Below, in pieces: positions 1 to 10,738 of a stretch of DNA of 64,000 bases. Within the stretch, counting starts at the first letter, position 1, and every line of letters starts with the position of its first letter. The DNA is taken from positions 48,112-112,111 of the IMG/VR virus record IMGVR_UViG_3300037851_000500. One strand, given 5' to 3'. Made by a program: the position numbers and the translations under genes. Below the pieces are notes generated by a model. The model saw only the letters and a program-made list of their open reading frames with translations, searched no databases and was not told the origin of the DNA. This DNA comes from a virus.

Positions 1-403
1 TAGAAGTTGCAGCAGCCGTTCCAGTATCCCCAACCAACAAGCATATAGTTCCATTAGAACAACCATTTAACCAATTTCCAGTAGGAGAAGTTGCTAATGC
101 CCATTCAGTAGAAGGAAATAAATTAGTTGCATAATAAATTTTACTATTAGTCCCGGCAGCTATATAAGTAGAACCAAGTTTTAATAAAATTGACAAACTT
201 AAATAATTAAAATATTCATTATCAAATATTAAATTATTCCATCTATTAGGATGAGGATTATCCAATATACTGTATAATAAAGGATAATCCGCCTGCAAAA
301 CTATTTGACCATAACACTTCACCCACTTATTACTTGGTGGTTGAGTTGCTTCAATTACAGAACCAATCGGATATATTTCCTGTGTTTGTGGATACAGTAA
401 CAT
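1..403 (-). CDS. Tail fibre protein with N-terminal tail-collar-like domain (runs off the window edge)
   Basis: Not in the ORF track. ATG at 403-401 overlaps the stop of 403..864. Reads MLLYPQTQEIYPIGSVIEATQPPSNKWVKCYGQIVLQADYPLLYSIL..., matching the collar pattern YPIG..W..C.GQ....DYP.LY; open to position 1. Confidence 0.65.
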   Translation of the reverse strand, partial: MLLYPQTQEIYPIGSVIEATQPPSNKWVKCYGQIVLQADYPLLYSILDNPHPNRWNNLIFDNEYFNYLSLSILLKLGSTYIAAGTNSKIYYATNLFPSTEWALATSPTGNWLNGCSNGTICLLVGDTGTAAATS

Positions 404-864
404 TAGCAAACTCCTGCATAAATTGTTACATCCCCAGTAAAATCTATTAATTTTATTTTAAAACTTTTAGCACAAAAAACATTAGCAAAGACTATTGGAA
501 TTCCATAATATCTAGCAGGACTTCCACCATCAGATTCACCAGTATTATCTATATTTAATTCTTCAGAATATCCAATTATAGCATCAGCAGAATCATAAAA
601 TAAAAATCTAAAAGAAGCTATAATACTATCACTTGCATCAAAAGTAGATTTTAAAATTATATAATATCTTCCCTGAACGTCTATCGCAGCCACAGGGTAA
701 GTCCCAGGCGTATCCTCTGCACTAATTTGTGCGCTTGGCAAAGTAACTACCCCAACACCCATCATTGATCGTTCTGTATGAACAGTTTGAGAATCAATTG
801 TCATTGATTGGGTAGAAACCTTCTTACCCGATCCTTCCGTTACATCTATGTAGGCTTCACTCAT
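403..864 (-). CDS. Putative virion structural protein (tail/fibre region)
   Basis: 153 aa, beta-rich, translationally coupled within the late operon. Confidence 0.45.
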   Translation of the reverse strand: MSEAYIDVTEGSGKKVSTQSMTIDSQTVHTERSMMGVGVVTLPSAQISAEDTPGTYPVAAIDVQGRYYIILKSTFDASDSIIASFRFLFYDSADAIIGYSEELNIDNTGESDGGSPARYYGIPIVFANVFCAKSFKIKLIDFTGDVTIYAGVC

Positions 865-1385
865 AGCGTATCTCCAAAGTTTAAACGCGCAAATTCACCA
901 AAGTATTTTTTAGCAGCAGAGTCATACGCTTTAGCCGCTGCAACCTCAGACTCAAAAACACCCAAATGCGTCTGACATTTATTAATACATATATTAGATT
1001 GCCATTTATTTAAAACTTTATTAAAACATACACCTCTATACTTAGAACTTTTTTCCTTATTCTTATATTTTGTTTTAATAGAATTTATATTATTTTGAGT
1101 AATACTACAAAATCTCAAATTTTCTTTTCTACAATCTAAACCATTACCATTAATATGATCCAAAATTTCTCCGCTTTTAGCACCCATAATCACACGATGT
1201 AAATATTTTAATTTAGATATTTTAGTATTTTTATCCCAAAACTGCCCCATAGCATAATGTGTTTTAGATCTATTATTTGTTTTCCTTTTAAACCAGCATC
1301 TACCCTCTACTTTATAAAAATCCTCACAATCAATGATTGCAAATCCTCCGGTGCTCAACGATAAATAATATTTTGACAGATTCAT
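861..1385 (-). CDS. HNH homing endonuclease with C-terminal AP2 DNA-binding domain
   Basis: LHRVIM..DHINGNGLDCRKENLR (HNH) followed by SKYRGV..KWQSNI..HLGVFESEVAAAKAYDSAAKKYFGEFARLNF (AP2). Confidence 0.9.
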   Translation of the reverse strand: MNLSKYYLSLSTGGFAIIDCEDFYKVEGRCWFKRKTNNRSKTHYAMGQFWDKNTKISKLKYLHRVIMGAKSGEILDHINGNGLDCRKENLRFCSITQNNINSIKTKYKNKEKSSKYRGVCFNKVLNKWQSNICINKCQTHLGVFESEVAAAKAYDSAAKKYFGEFARLNFGDTL

Positions 1386-1395
1386 AAAACACCAA

Positions 1396-1965
1396 TTATA
1401 CAGACTGTGCTGTAATTGAATAGACTATATTTATTTCCTCTGTTTCCTGAAATGGTCTTGCAGTTCCAAATCGTGTAGCACAAAATAATTTACCAGATCC
1501 ACTTGCACCATCTCCTTTAGTACTGATATTTACCATTCCAGACCCATAAATCGTTGTATTTACTCCTGTAGAAGCTGTAAATGATGCCGGATTAGCAGAA
1601 TTTGTAATTTGTCTAGAAGAAACTCCAGCTTCCTGCCAAGTTGGTCTTGCAGCTTCATCATAATCAGTAAATTCATCCCATGAAGTTCCACCTGTACCAC
1701 CCTCCGTATATATCCATGAACTTGCAGGAGTAGAATTACTTTCATATAAAAAAATATAATGATTAGCAAAAGCAGTACCACCAGAAAAATATACATCTAA
1801 AACATCATCAAGCCCCTCATAGGTGATTAAATTAAAAATATACTCTTTCCATTTTATTTCTTTAGTTATTTTATCTCTACAAACAATCCCCCAATACCCT
1901 TTCAAACCAAACTTGTTTTTAATTCCAAATTGCTTTTCAATAAATTTTTTAATAATACGATTCAT
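1396..1965 (-). CDS. Putative virion/tail structural protein
   Basis: Likely start ATG 1965 after GGAGG; NLITYEGLDDVL...ITNSANPASFT pattern resembles phage tail-associated proteins; late-operon position. Confidence 0.5.
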   Translation of the reverse strand: MNRIIKKFIEKQFGIKNKFGLKGYWGIVCRDKITKEIKWKEYIFNLITYEGLDDVLDVYFSGGTAFANHYIFLYESNSTPASSWIYTEGGTGGTSWDEFTDYDEAARPTWQEAGVSSRQITNSANPASFTASTGVNTTIYGSGMVNISTKGDGASGSGKLFCATRFGTARPFQETEEINIVYSITAQSV

Positions 1966-1982
1966 TTTAAGAGTTCCTCCTT

Positions 1983-2234
1983 TTAAGTAAATGTGTGTAC
2001 AACTTGCCAAGATCCATTATAATAAACTTTTTCCTGATCATTTCCAGTATCTATCCATCTCATTCCGGTTACTGGAGTAACATTTGGGTAATTTTCTGGA
2101 TCTCCTGGGGGGTATTCACTTGGAAACCCCAATAAGGCAGCTTCAATCAAATCCATATTATCATTTAATTCCAAATCATATCTTTGAGTAGCTTGTGCTG
2201 GTTTAGATAAATAAAAATATGTTGTGAATGCCAT
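1983..2234 (-). CDS. Small tail-fibre-associated protein
   Basis: 83 aa; LSKPA..LNDNMDLIEAAL and GMRWIDT..KVYYNGSW motifs resemble fibre N-terminal modules. Confidence 0.45.
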   Translation of the reverse strand: MAFTTYFYLSKPAQATQRYDLELNDNMDLIEAALLGFPSEYPPGDPENYPNVTPVTGMRWIDTGNDQEKVYYNGSWQVVHTFT

Positions 2235-2245
2235 ATTAGCCTCTC

Positions 2246-3445
2246 TTAAATGGGCATGGGTTCTATATCAATATATGCAACGGGGGATTCAACACCAGCC
2301 TCTATATAAAGATATATCTCGGCAATTGAAACACGCGCATCCCCATTATTAAGTGTAACATTAATTCTAAAATATCTATAGGCTGTATCTGCAACATCAC
2401 AAACAAAGTCTCTTTTTTCTCCACTTCCCCATGAAATTTGATCGGTAACTGAATCAAGCTCATACCAAATGGAATCATCATTACTTCCATACAACGTCCA
2501 ATTTCTTGGCTGTCTATTTGGTTCAGGAATAGAATTACTTACTAAAGAATAACTACTTATTAGTTTGGCATTATCAACTCCAAGATCTATTTTTACCCAA
2601 CCAGTAGATATAGATGCAACCCAATAATGCCCAGAACCAAAAAGTGTGGAACTATCAAAACATTTCCATCCCCTATAAGAAGAAGTGTAATAAGAACTTT
2701 CTGTAACCACACATGGGTAAGTATTATACACCACCATATTATGTGGGGCAACATCAATACTGGAATCACTATTATCCACCTGAGTAATTTCAAATCTTAT
2801 ATTTGGTTGAAAAGTTGTATTATCTGCAATATTAAAAGCAGAAGTATAAATATATTCAGCATCATCATCTGGATTTAAAGTATCTACTATTGGAATAAAT
2901 ACAGTTCTTCTTAATGAATTGGTTAAAGCATTATACACACGCACAATAAACATTCCTAAATCAGAACAATCCCCGTCACCATAATCATGTTCTATACCAT
3001 AACCTGCTTTTCCGTAACCTACCCCTGGTACTCTTGTCCTTGCCCTCCATGTCACTTTATAATCCACCAATGCTAAATTATATGTTCCAGATTCTACAAA
3101 CCCTATACCCTCATTTAAACTTATAGAATAAACCATTCTTTGAGAAGTAGTATCTTGTAAATTTAATATTTCATCAAAATACCCCCATCCCCATCTTTCT
3201 TCTAAATCATTTAATCCCAAAATTTCTTCAAGGAATTCAGTTAATCCAAATTTATCTAATAAAGCTAAAGTCTCAGTTAATAAATAATTATATATACTGC
3301 CGCCAATTGAGTGAAACCCAATATACTCTATAAAATGTGCTCTATAAATAATTTCATAATCAAATGAATCTGAAAATGCAACAGTTTCAGAAAAATAATA
3401 AACATCTGGAAATGGATTACTTCCTATAAATTTAAATAATTTCAT
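2246..3445 (-). CDS. Tail protein with C-terminal F5/8 type C (discoidin-like) carbohydrate-binding domain
   Basis: GWVKIDLG..ISSYSL..PRNWTLYGSNDDSIW..LDS..YRYFRINVT signature; directly downstream of the tail-tip genes. Confidence 0.7.
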   Translation of the reverse strand: MKLFKFIGSNPFPDVYYFSETVAFSDSFDYEIIYRAHFIEYIGFHSIGGSIYNYLLTETLALLDKFGLTEFLEEILGLNDLEERWGWGYFDEILNLQDTTSQRMVYSISLNEGIGFVESGTYNLALVDYKVTWRARTRVPGVGYGKAGYGIEHDYGDGDCSDLGMFIVRVYNALTNSLRRTVFIPIVDTLNPDDDAEYIYTSAFNIADNTTFQPNIRFEITQVDNSDSSIDVAPHNMVVYNTYPCVVTESSYYTSSYRGWKCFDSSTLFGSGHYWVASISTGWVKIDLGVDNAKLISSYSLVSNSIPEPNRQPRNWTLYGSNDDSIWYELDSVTDQISWGSGEKRDFVCDVADTAYRYFRINVTLNNGDARVSIAEIYLYIEAGVESPVAYIDIEPMPI

Positions 3446-6400
3446 TCTTCCACCAATCGTAAAGATTCCGGGAAATATGGTCTATAACCATATAATTGTA
3501 TATTTATAGTAAAAGAAACAGCACTATTAAAGTTAAACATCGGAGAAGAACTATATATTAAAGGAACAACCCTAAAGGTCTGACTACCCAACCAAGTAGA
3601 AGCAATATCAACAAATATTGTTGGTTCATAAAAAGTTATTAAACTACCAGAAGCATGAGCAGCAGCATAAGTATCCCTTTGTTGGCGAACAATATTCATT
3701 AATCTATTATTATCTGCATCAATACCATTATAACTTATTAATTCCTCCCCAATAAAAATTAATCCTGATGTTGGAAGTACACCAGACAAGTCTGAATATT
3801 CTATATAAGAATTATCAAAAATTGAATCGGTTAAAGAATTAACAAGTACCATTGTTATTGGCATAGGAGCAATATTACCAACAACATCCCAAGTAGTTCC
3901 ATTAAATCTATAAACCCTTCCACCAATAATATTACTTTGAACAACATCAGAATTAAATCCAAAATAAAGATAAGGAAATTCTCTACTTTCAAAAATGTTT
4001 AAATTGGAAAATTGTGAAACTGGAGTCATATCATTAGTAATTCCTGGAAATCCATTAAAACTATTAGATATTAATAAATTTGATCCCTGATCATGGTAAA
4101 CATAAGGATTATATTCTTCACACTCTAATCTAACTTCAAAAGAATCTCCTACTTCTTCTAAAGACATAATTCTAAAATATTTTCCATTCCACCCGGTAAT
4201 TTCATGGGACACTGTAATTATTTCACCAGGGCATAAATAAAGACCAGAAACATCAGCCTCAAAAGCGCAAGACCATTCTACAAATTCATTATAATCCATT
4301 AATTGCTGTGCTAATCTATTAGCTTGGGAACTTCTCTTTACTCCCCGCATTTTATATGTTTGTATTTTATCATATTCATCAGACAATCTCAAATAATCTG
4401 ATTGTGATTCTGCTATTTCATTAACATACTCCTGCAACCTATCCTTATATTCTACTCTAACTAAATTTGGACGTTTAAGCCTTGATTTTTGTGAAAATAC
4501 AAAAGTTCCTTCTTTAATATTATCCTTTGGGTTAATATAAAAAGAGCTTCCAGAAATATTTAATCCATGCCAATATGCATCTTCACATAAAAGATTAAAA
4601 GTAGAATCTCCAATTATTTTTAATTGAGTAGTTGACATATGTTCTGTTACTATCACTTCATAAGTTATAAGATTAAAAGTAAATAATCCACTTTCACCTT
4701 TAAAATAATTTATTGGGTAAGCACTTAAATCCAATGTTAAAATCATAAAATGTGTATCTTTTCCTGTCCAATTGTATGCCACATAAGCAGTAGACTGTGG
4801 ATAAGTTGGAATATTCCCTTGAACTGTAAATAAATGCCCAGAACTTTCTTTACCAAAGGAAAATACAGGTGTTTCAGTTGAAGTAGGAACTACATATCTT
4901 ACTTTTTTACCACATTGAAAAATCCAACCCATACATGAATTCATTATATCCCTGGCAATATCCATCACGCTTTCTCTAGCATCCATGCACAGAGAATATT
5001 GGTATCTTGGTTCCAAAAAATTAATATAATTATTACCAATAACTGCTGTTACAGTTACAGGCTCATTACAAGTGGACGTAGCAGGAGTAACACTTGTAAC
5101 ATCTATTAAAGGAATACTGCCCTGTTGAAAATAATCACCAAAAACATCATTTTTAAAAAGAATATCTAGTGCCGATATAGGATTTTCATCTCTATGATAA
5201 GAATAAGCACTACCTTGATAATACCCACTTAGCAATGTAGTAAAACTACTTGTTAAATTCCAATCAATTGTGGCATAACCACAGGTCCATGCTGCTCCTG
5301 ATTGAGCTACACATCTTAAAACTCCATTAGGATTAAGAGTTGTTGGTGCATTAAGAACCCAAAATTCTCCATAACCACCAAAAGAATAATAACCACCATC
5401 ATAAGCATGATTTAAATATATAAATAACTTATTTTCTATACCCACTTTTCCTATAGACATATCCTCATTAAAAGTTTCACCAGTAAACCACCAACCATTA
5501 TATAGTGGGCCTGTATATACAGTTTCCCTAACTAAAATCTTAATTAACCCACTAGAAAATCTATTATCCCTTAATCTACCAAATCTAATTTGGTAATTTG
5601 GATAATCATAGCGAAGGGCATACCATTGTTTTATAAGTTCACCAGTATTAGGATTAGTTACCCATAACCATGCTGTAGCATGATAATTTATTCCCCAAGC
5701 ATGACCACACCCATTAGGATTTGACTCCCAAAGACCACGCTCATCCCATGTATCATTACCACCGGAGGAAAAATGATCAAAACTCAAAGTATCAGAATCT
5801 ATTGCATATTGACAAATTTTTCCACAAGTTGGGATTTGCATACAAGCATAATATACCCAAATTTCTTCTTCAGTAGCACAAGTAGCTATTAAATCTGAAA
5901 AGGAACAACAATACTGCAACCCCCACAAAGAATAAAAATAAGGAGCTAAAGTTTTATTTAAAATACCTTCAAATTCCCCTGTTTCTTTATCAAATTGCAA
6001 AACAGCACATATATTAGGACCACCAATACTAGATATATCACTATATCTCCAAGGATCTCCGTCATTAACTTCATCAGTATATGCATCATAGGGTAATTCT
6101 GGATTTACCACATCTTGATCATATGCAACTGACGGACTACCCTCAAAAACAAGATAATAATTTTGCCCAGGAACAGGGGCCACAGGTAATGGATCTGTTA
6201 ATGTAATATTCCCTCCAACAAAACTTTCACTCTGATCAATAGTAAAAGCCACATTATAATTATACCCAATTATTACAACTGCATCAAATTTTCCATCACG
6301 ATTAGTTGAAATTAAAGATGGTTTATAATTAGTAATTAAATGTGTAGTTGTACTTCCATAATCAACAGTTATAAATTCCTGTTCATATCTTTGAGCATAA

Positions 6401-7983
6401 TCAAGATGCATATATGCCCCTGTAACTGGATTTCTACCCATTTCCTGATCAATATCAACATAAGTTTGTGTTTGAGCTACTATTCTTCTTGGAACTCCCT
6501 TACCACCAAAACTTAAATTACTTATAGATTCCCAAATATATTTATTCACCCACCAACCATCAGGATACCCGGAAAGATCTAAATAAATTCTTGTTCCTGG
6601 TGCTACAGTATCTTGGGTGCATCTTAAATTATCTTGTAAAGGAAAAGCATCTTGTACTAACTGACCAAATACTAATATTTTACCACTTCTTGTTACTTCC
6701 ATTGATTTTGCTACAAAGGCACAATTCCCAGAATCAAAATGATTTAACCCATAAATAGGTTCATCCAATTTTAAAGATACTGGGTTTAAAGTATCTTCTC
6801 TATCAATATAAAATAAACTATATTTTAAAGAATATTGAGCGTGGTGCTTACTTTCTGGGTCAGTATCCAACCAATGGTTTTCTCCTGATACTATTTTTCC
6901 ATGAAAAAAATATATTCTGTTATCCCACTCATCTGTACGAGATAAACTCATATCATTATTCCAACCAGCAGTTATATCATAAATATTCATTGGATAGGTA
7001 ACATTATTAACTGTAGTTGGATAATTAGCAATTACAGTTTCACCATAAAAAGGATGAATTCTTGAAAATCTAAATTGATTTACAAGATTAATAAAACCTG
7101 ATTGAAAAGTATACCAATAATCATGTAAACCATCTCTGGAACTATGTCTTTGTACGGAAGATATAAAACTTGGTTGCGGTTTAAATGATTCACCAGCATA
7201 AATAGAAAAACAAGATGTTACTTCTCCAGTTATGTCTGGAAATTGGGTTAGTCTTATAGCATCTCTAAAATTAAATTCATCAGCATTATATGTATCATCA
7301 ATTCCAAGGTCCTCGACTATGGAAAAATCCCCAAACCACCCATCATAACTAAACCAGTTGTACCATTTATAAGGAACATCTGGATCTGGTTCTCTTAAAA
7401 GATAAGAAGTTGAATCCGTATAACCTGCATCTTTCCTAATCCATATTGGGTGAACACCAGCACCAATATTATAGTCTTCTAACATTCCCTCCATTTTAAT
7501 AGCGTCACTTAACCACAACCCCCAAAACCAAATGTCTTTAGTATTAAAAAACAATCTATCAATATTATGTCTAAGACCAGCACCATAATAAGGACCAATT
7601 TTTTGAGCAAAAGCAATAGCAAATTTAGAATTTGTAGGTCTGTAATATGAACCAAAATAAGAAGATCCCTGACTATATACTCCCTGTGCTCTTAATTCAG
7701 CAGAATCATACAAACTCAATTGCCCAAACCAAACAATTGAACCGGGGCAAATATCAGAACCAATTAAATATGGAACAGCATCCAATTTAGTAGATAAGTT
7801 AATATCCCTTGTTTCATTATTATATGGTTTATGATTTTTACCACCAATAATACCAAATATCCAAGCCCCCAACATTGAGCCAATCCAACCACCCACCATA
7901 GAACCAATTGGCCCCCAGTAAGAACCAATTATGGAACCGAGTGTTCCACCAGCAGAACTACCTGTAGAAACATCCACTGACAT
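3442..7983 (-). CDS. Large tail-tip / central fibre protein (gpJ/GTA megatron-like), paralog B
   Basis: 1513 aa; Gly-rich hydrophobic N-terminus; PNLVRVEYKDR, GVKRSSQANRLA and GEIITVSH motifs; position after the hub and NlpC/P60 genes. Confidence 0.75.
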   Translation of the reverse strand: MSVDVSTGSSAGGTLGSIIGSYWGPIGSMVGGWIGSMLGAWIFGIIGGKNHKPYNNETRDINLSTKLDAVPYLIGSDICPGSIVWFGQLSLYDSAELRAQGVYSQGSSYFGSYYRPTNSKFAIAFAQKIGPYYGAGLRHNIDRLFFNTKDIWFWGLWLSDAIKMEGMLEDYNIGAGVHPIWIRKDAGYTDSTSYLLREPDPDVPYKWYNWFSYDGWFGDFSIVEDLGIDDTYNADEFNFRDAIRLTQFPDITGEVTSCFSIYAGESFKPQPSFISSVQRHSSRDGLHDYWYTFQSGFINLVNQFRFSRIHPFYGETVIANYPTTVNNVTYPMNIYDITAGWNNDMSLSRTDEWDNRIYFFHGKIVSGENHWLDTDPESKHHAQYSLKYSLFYIDREDTLNPVSLKLDEPIYGLNHFDSGNCAFVAKSMEVTRSGKILVFGQLVQDAFPLQDNLRCTQDTVAPGTRIYLDLSGYPDGWWVNKYIWESISNLSFGGKGVPRRIVAQTQTYVDIDQEMGRNPVTGAYMHLDYAQRYEQEFITVDYGSTTTHLITNYKPSLISTNRDGKFDAVVIIGYNYNVAFTIDQSESFVGGNITLTDPLPVAPVPGQNYYLVFEGSPSVAYDQDVVNPELPYDAYTDEVNDGDPWRYSDISSIGGPNICAVLQFDKETGEFEGILNKTLAPYFYSLWGLQYCCSFSDLIATCATEEEIWVYYACMQIPTCGKICQYAIDSDTLSFDHFSSGGNDTWDERGLWESNPNGCGHAWGINYHATAWLWVTNPNTGELIKQWYALRYDYPNYQIRFGRLRDNRFSSGLIKILVRETVYTGPLYNGWWFTGETFNEDMSIGKVGIENKLFIYLNHAYDGGYYSFGGYGEFWVLNAPTTLNPNGVLRCVAQSGAAWTCGYATIDWNLTSSFTTLLSGYYQGSAYSYHRDENPISALDILFKNDVFGDYFQQGSIPLIDVTSVTPATSTCNEPVTVTAVIGNNYINFLEPRYQYSLCMDARESVMDIARDIMNSCMGWIFQCGKKVRYVVPTSTETPVFSFGKESSGHLFTVQGNIPTYPQSTAYVAYNWTGKDTHFMILTLDLSAYPINYFKGESGLFTFNLITYEVIVTEHMSTTQLKIIGDSTFNLLCEDAYWHGLNISGSSFYINPKDNIKEGTFVFSQKSRLKRPNLVRVEYKDRLQEYVNEIAESQSDYLRLSDEYDKIQTYKMRGVKRSSQANRLAQQLMDYNEFVEWSCAFEADVSGLYLCPGEIITVSHEITGWNGKYFRIMSLEEVGDSFEVRLECEEYNPYVYHDQGSNLLISNSFNGFPGITNDMTPVSQFSNLNIFESREFPYLYFGFNSDVVQSNIIGGRVYRFNGTTWDVVGNIAPMPITMVLVNSLTDSIFDNSYIEYSDLSGVLPTSGLIFIGEELISYNGIDADNNRLMNIVRQQRDTYAAAHASGSLITFYEPTIFVDIASTWLGSQTFRVVPLIYSSSPMFNFNSAVSFTINIQLYGYRPYFPESLRLVEE

Positions 7984-7989
7984 GAGTAT

Positions 7990-10287
7990 TTATACCAAAA
8001 TTAATATATCATTTGGTGTGGTATTATCATTCGGAGCAACAATACCATCTGCACTATAGGATACTATTCTGATTGTCCACTGATTACCAACATCAGTATC
8101 CTCAAAAGTAATAAAGGGAGTATCAATTTGCTTTAAACTACAATATTTATCGGCTGTATGTGCTACTCTAATTCCGACAGTTCTAACACATCCCTCAAAC
8201 TCAAAATTAACAGCATCAATACTTGTATAAGTAATGTATTCTTCATCAATCCAAAAACCACCAGATGATGGAAATGCCCCATACAAAGTAGAATTATCAA
8301 ACGGAATTACGGTTTGAACATCTGTTATATCTGAAGCCAGTTTAACACTTGGGGTAGTAATAGAAACAAGTGTGATATATTGAAATTCTGCATCAACCCC
8401 ATTTTGAACATAAACACGAACACCATACCAATAAGGTTCATCTTCTGGTCTTTTAAAGCACAACCAAATTTTATTTTCAGTATAATCTTGAATAGCGTTA
8501 AATCTTTCTGTTTGCGCCGGAATATCCCATCTTGATGGGGTGGCATTATACGTTGTTCTAAACGGAGAAACTATGCTATCACTATAAACATTAGAATTAT
8601 ATTCCAATAATCCTAATTGAATTTCATCTTCCTCTTTTTCTTCAATATTAACTACTCTAAAGGATTTTTTATCCCACCCTGTTTGTGCATGTGAAACACC
8701 AACAATATCACCTACTGCATGTTGATACCCCTCTACCCCAGTAATAAATACACAAGTTTGTCTCGCATAAGTAGTGGCATCAGAAAAAAATTGGGCCATT
8801 CTCATTGCCTGAGTTTTTCTTTTAACTCCACCAAATCTAATAGTCTTTATTTTTCTAAAATTAGTAGTAATACTGGAAGTGCTATTTGCTTTAGAATAAT
8901 ATTCTGGAGTTTCATGTTCAATAACATCATTGCCATATTCATTAACCCAGGCATTATTTTCCTCATCCCACATTACCCTATTTATAAATTCTATCCTGTA
9001 TATATTAGGAATACTATACTCAGGAATAGATTTAAAAGTAAATGATCCTTCTTTAATATTATCCTTTAATAAAGATATAGTTATTCCAGAAGAAAAAGCA
9101 GAATCAAGATCATCACATAAATCAATATAAGTACTTGTTTGATTATATATAAAAAATTCTATAACTACACCATCTTCATCCGTATATGTTCCAGAAGCAC
9201 CTTTCCAAAATTGATCTGGATAATCAGAAAAATCAGAAAATATTCTATTTACTGTACACCCACCGGATGTAACAAAATCAACTTGTAATCTATCTGAATA
9301 ATAATATTCTGGAACTTCACCAGCCTTTTCTATTAATGGTTCCAAAAGCCCCTGCTTATATCTAAGCAAACTTCTACAAGAAGAAAATAAATCTGTTAAT
9401 ATATCAAAACCTTTGTTTCTATCAGATATATATCGAGAATATCTAAAACGTGGTTCTTGTTGAGTTACACCATTAGCATCTATATAACTAACAAGCTCAT
9501 CACAATAATCTGCTTCTATTTTCCAGGGAGAACCAACAGTATCAGGATCACCATTAAATTCTTCAGGATTTATGCCCATTCCATATCTTTTATTGGTCAA
9601 AAAATCATAAGCACATCTTATTGGATTAGCATCCAATTCATCTTCTTCTACACAAAAACCTCTTAATTCAACAGCTATATTTGGAACAGTCGCAGTAGAA
9701 GATCCCTCAACACGAAGCTCCATTGTTGACCAACAGGTGTATTTTAATTTTGGAAATGGGTAAACATTCCCTGAGTACAATGATTCAAAATATGAATCCC
9801 CAACAGGAACAGCTTCACCAGAATGAAATACTCTTAAATTAATATGATACCCCTCTATATCATCTTCAGCTTGTTCAAATAATTTATCATTTGCCCAACG
9901 TCTATAAGGATAAGCCATTGTTACTGGGCCTTCACAATGAGCTACAGCCCAAAAAGCATCAAGTTCAACTAAAAATGTTTCTGGCCCCTCCTTACCACCA
10001 CCCTCCCTGTCAACATCAATATCGAAATCTCCTTTAGCAATTACACCACCACCACATTTATCTTGCCCATATAAAACTGGTAATGGCGCATTTCTTACAT
10101 AAGAATTAAAAGTTAAATCTCCTTGTGGGTTTGGCTTTTTAGGACTATCTGGGGGGTCAATTAACCTACCTAAGAATCCACCAATTGCCATCCCAATCAT
10201 TGCACCAGGGTATCCACCAATGTACCCACCTATGGCACCACCTATAACAGTACCTATAGTTCCACCAAGAGATCCACCTATATTCAT
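7990..10287 (-). CDS. Tail-tip protein (gpJ/GTA megatron-like), paralog A
   Basis: 765 aa; Gly-rich N-terminus, PLPVLYG, ANPIRCAYDFLTNKRYGMG, GVKRKTQAMRMA, VGDIVGVSH. Confidence 0.8.
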   Translation of the reverse strand: MNIGGSLGGTIGTVIGGAIGGYIGGYPGAMIGMAIGGFLGRLIDPPDSPKKPNPQGDLTFNSYVRNAPLPVLYGQDKCGGGVIAKGDFDIDVDREGGGKEGPETFLVELDAFWAVAHCEGPVTMAYPYRRWANDKLFEQAEDDIEGYHINLRVFHSGEAVPVGDSYFESLYSGNVYPFPKLKYTCWSTMELRVEGSSTATVPNIAVELRGFCVEEDELDANPIRCAYDFLTNKRYGMGINPEEFNGDPDTVGSPWKIEADYCDELVSYIDANGVTQQEPRFRYSRYISDRNKGFDILTDLFSSCRSLLRYKQGLLEPLIEKAGEVPEYYYSDRLQVDFVTSGGCTVNRIFSDFSDYPDQFWKGASGTYTDEDGVVIEFFIYNQTSTYIDLCDDLDSAFSSGITISLLKDNIKEGSFTFKSIPEYSIPNIYRIEFINRVMWDEENNAWVNEYGNDVIEHETPEYYSKANSTSSITTNFRKIKTIRFGGVKRKTQAMRMAQFFSDATTYARQTCVFITGVEGYQHAVGDIVGVSHAQTGWDKKSFRVVNIEEKEEDEIQLGLLEYNSNVYSDSIVSPFRTTYNATPSRWDIPAQTERFNAIQDYTENKIWLCFKRPEDEPYWYGVRVYVQNGVDAEFQYITLVSITTPSVKLASDITDVQTVIPFDNSTLYGAFPSSGGFWIDEEYITYTSIDAVNFEFEGCVRTVGIRVAHTADKYCSLKQIDTPFITFEDTDVGNQWTIRIVSYSADGIVAPNDNTTPNDILILV

Positions 10288-10736
10288 TGTGTATACCCTT
10301 TATATCTAAAATAAGATCCTAATCTTTTTTTATAAGAATCAGAAATAATGTCTATTTTTACAACTTTATCTTTAGATGATCCAGAACCACGAACATGAAT
10401 CATATAATTTTCAGAAATAATAAACCCACAATGATGCGCGGGGTACTTATTACCAAATAATTTAAAAGTAATAACATCCCCTTTTTGTGGGTTTCTTACT
10501 TCATCAAAACCATATTTTAATAAATGATTATGCAGCCTATCCTCATTCCTTTTCCACCATGTAGGGATATAACCATTTCCATCATCTGAAGGTATATGAA
10601 TTCCACACCTTTTAAAAGAAACTATTATTAATCCTAAACAATCTATACCAAGTATTGATCTTCCTTTATGATAAAATGGCGCACCCAAAAATTTTCTGGA
10701 TTCTATTAAAATACGATCTGGGGTAATTTCTGTCAT
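10284..10736 (-). CDS. NlpC/P60 family tail peptidase (lambda gpK/GTA-like)
   Basis: FLGAPFYHKGRS..GIDCLGL (catalytic Cys), GDVITF..HHCG..MIH. Confidence 0.9.
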   Translation of the reverse strand: MTEITPDRILIESRKFLGAPFYHKGRSILGIDCLGLIIVSFKRCGIHIPSDDGNGYIPTWWKRNEDRLHNHLLKYGFDEVRNPQKGDVITFKLFGNKYPAHHCGFIISENYMIHVRGSGSSKDKVVKIDIISDSYKKRLGSYFRYKGYTQ

Positions 10737-10738
10737 AA

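Noticed and set aside
1-10287. Diversity-generating retroelement or invertase-driven tail switching
   Set aside because: No reverse transcriptase, recombinase or near-identical template/variable repeat pair was seen; the tail-tip paralogs are highly diverged
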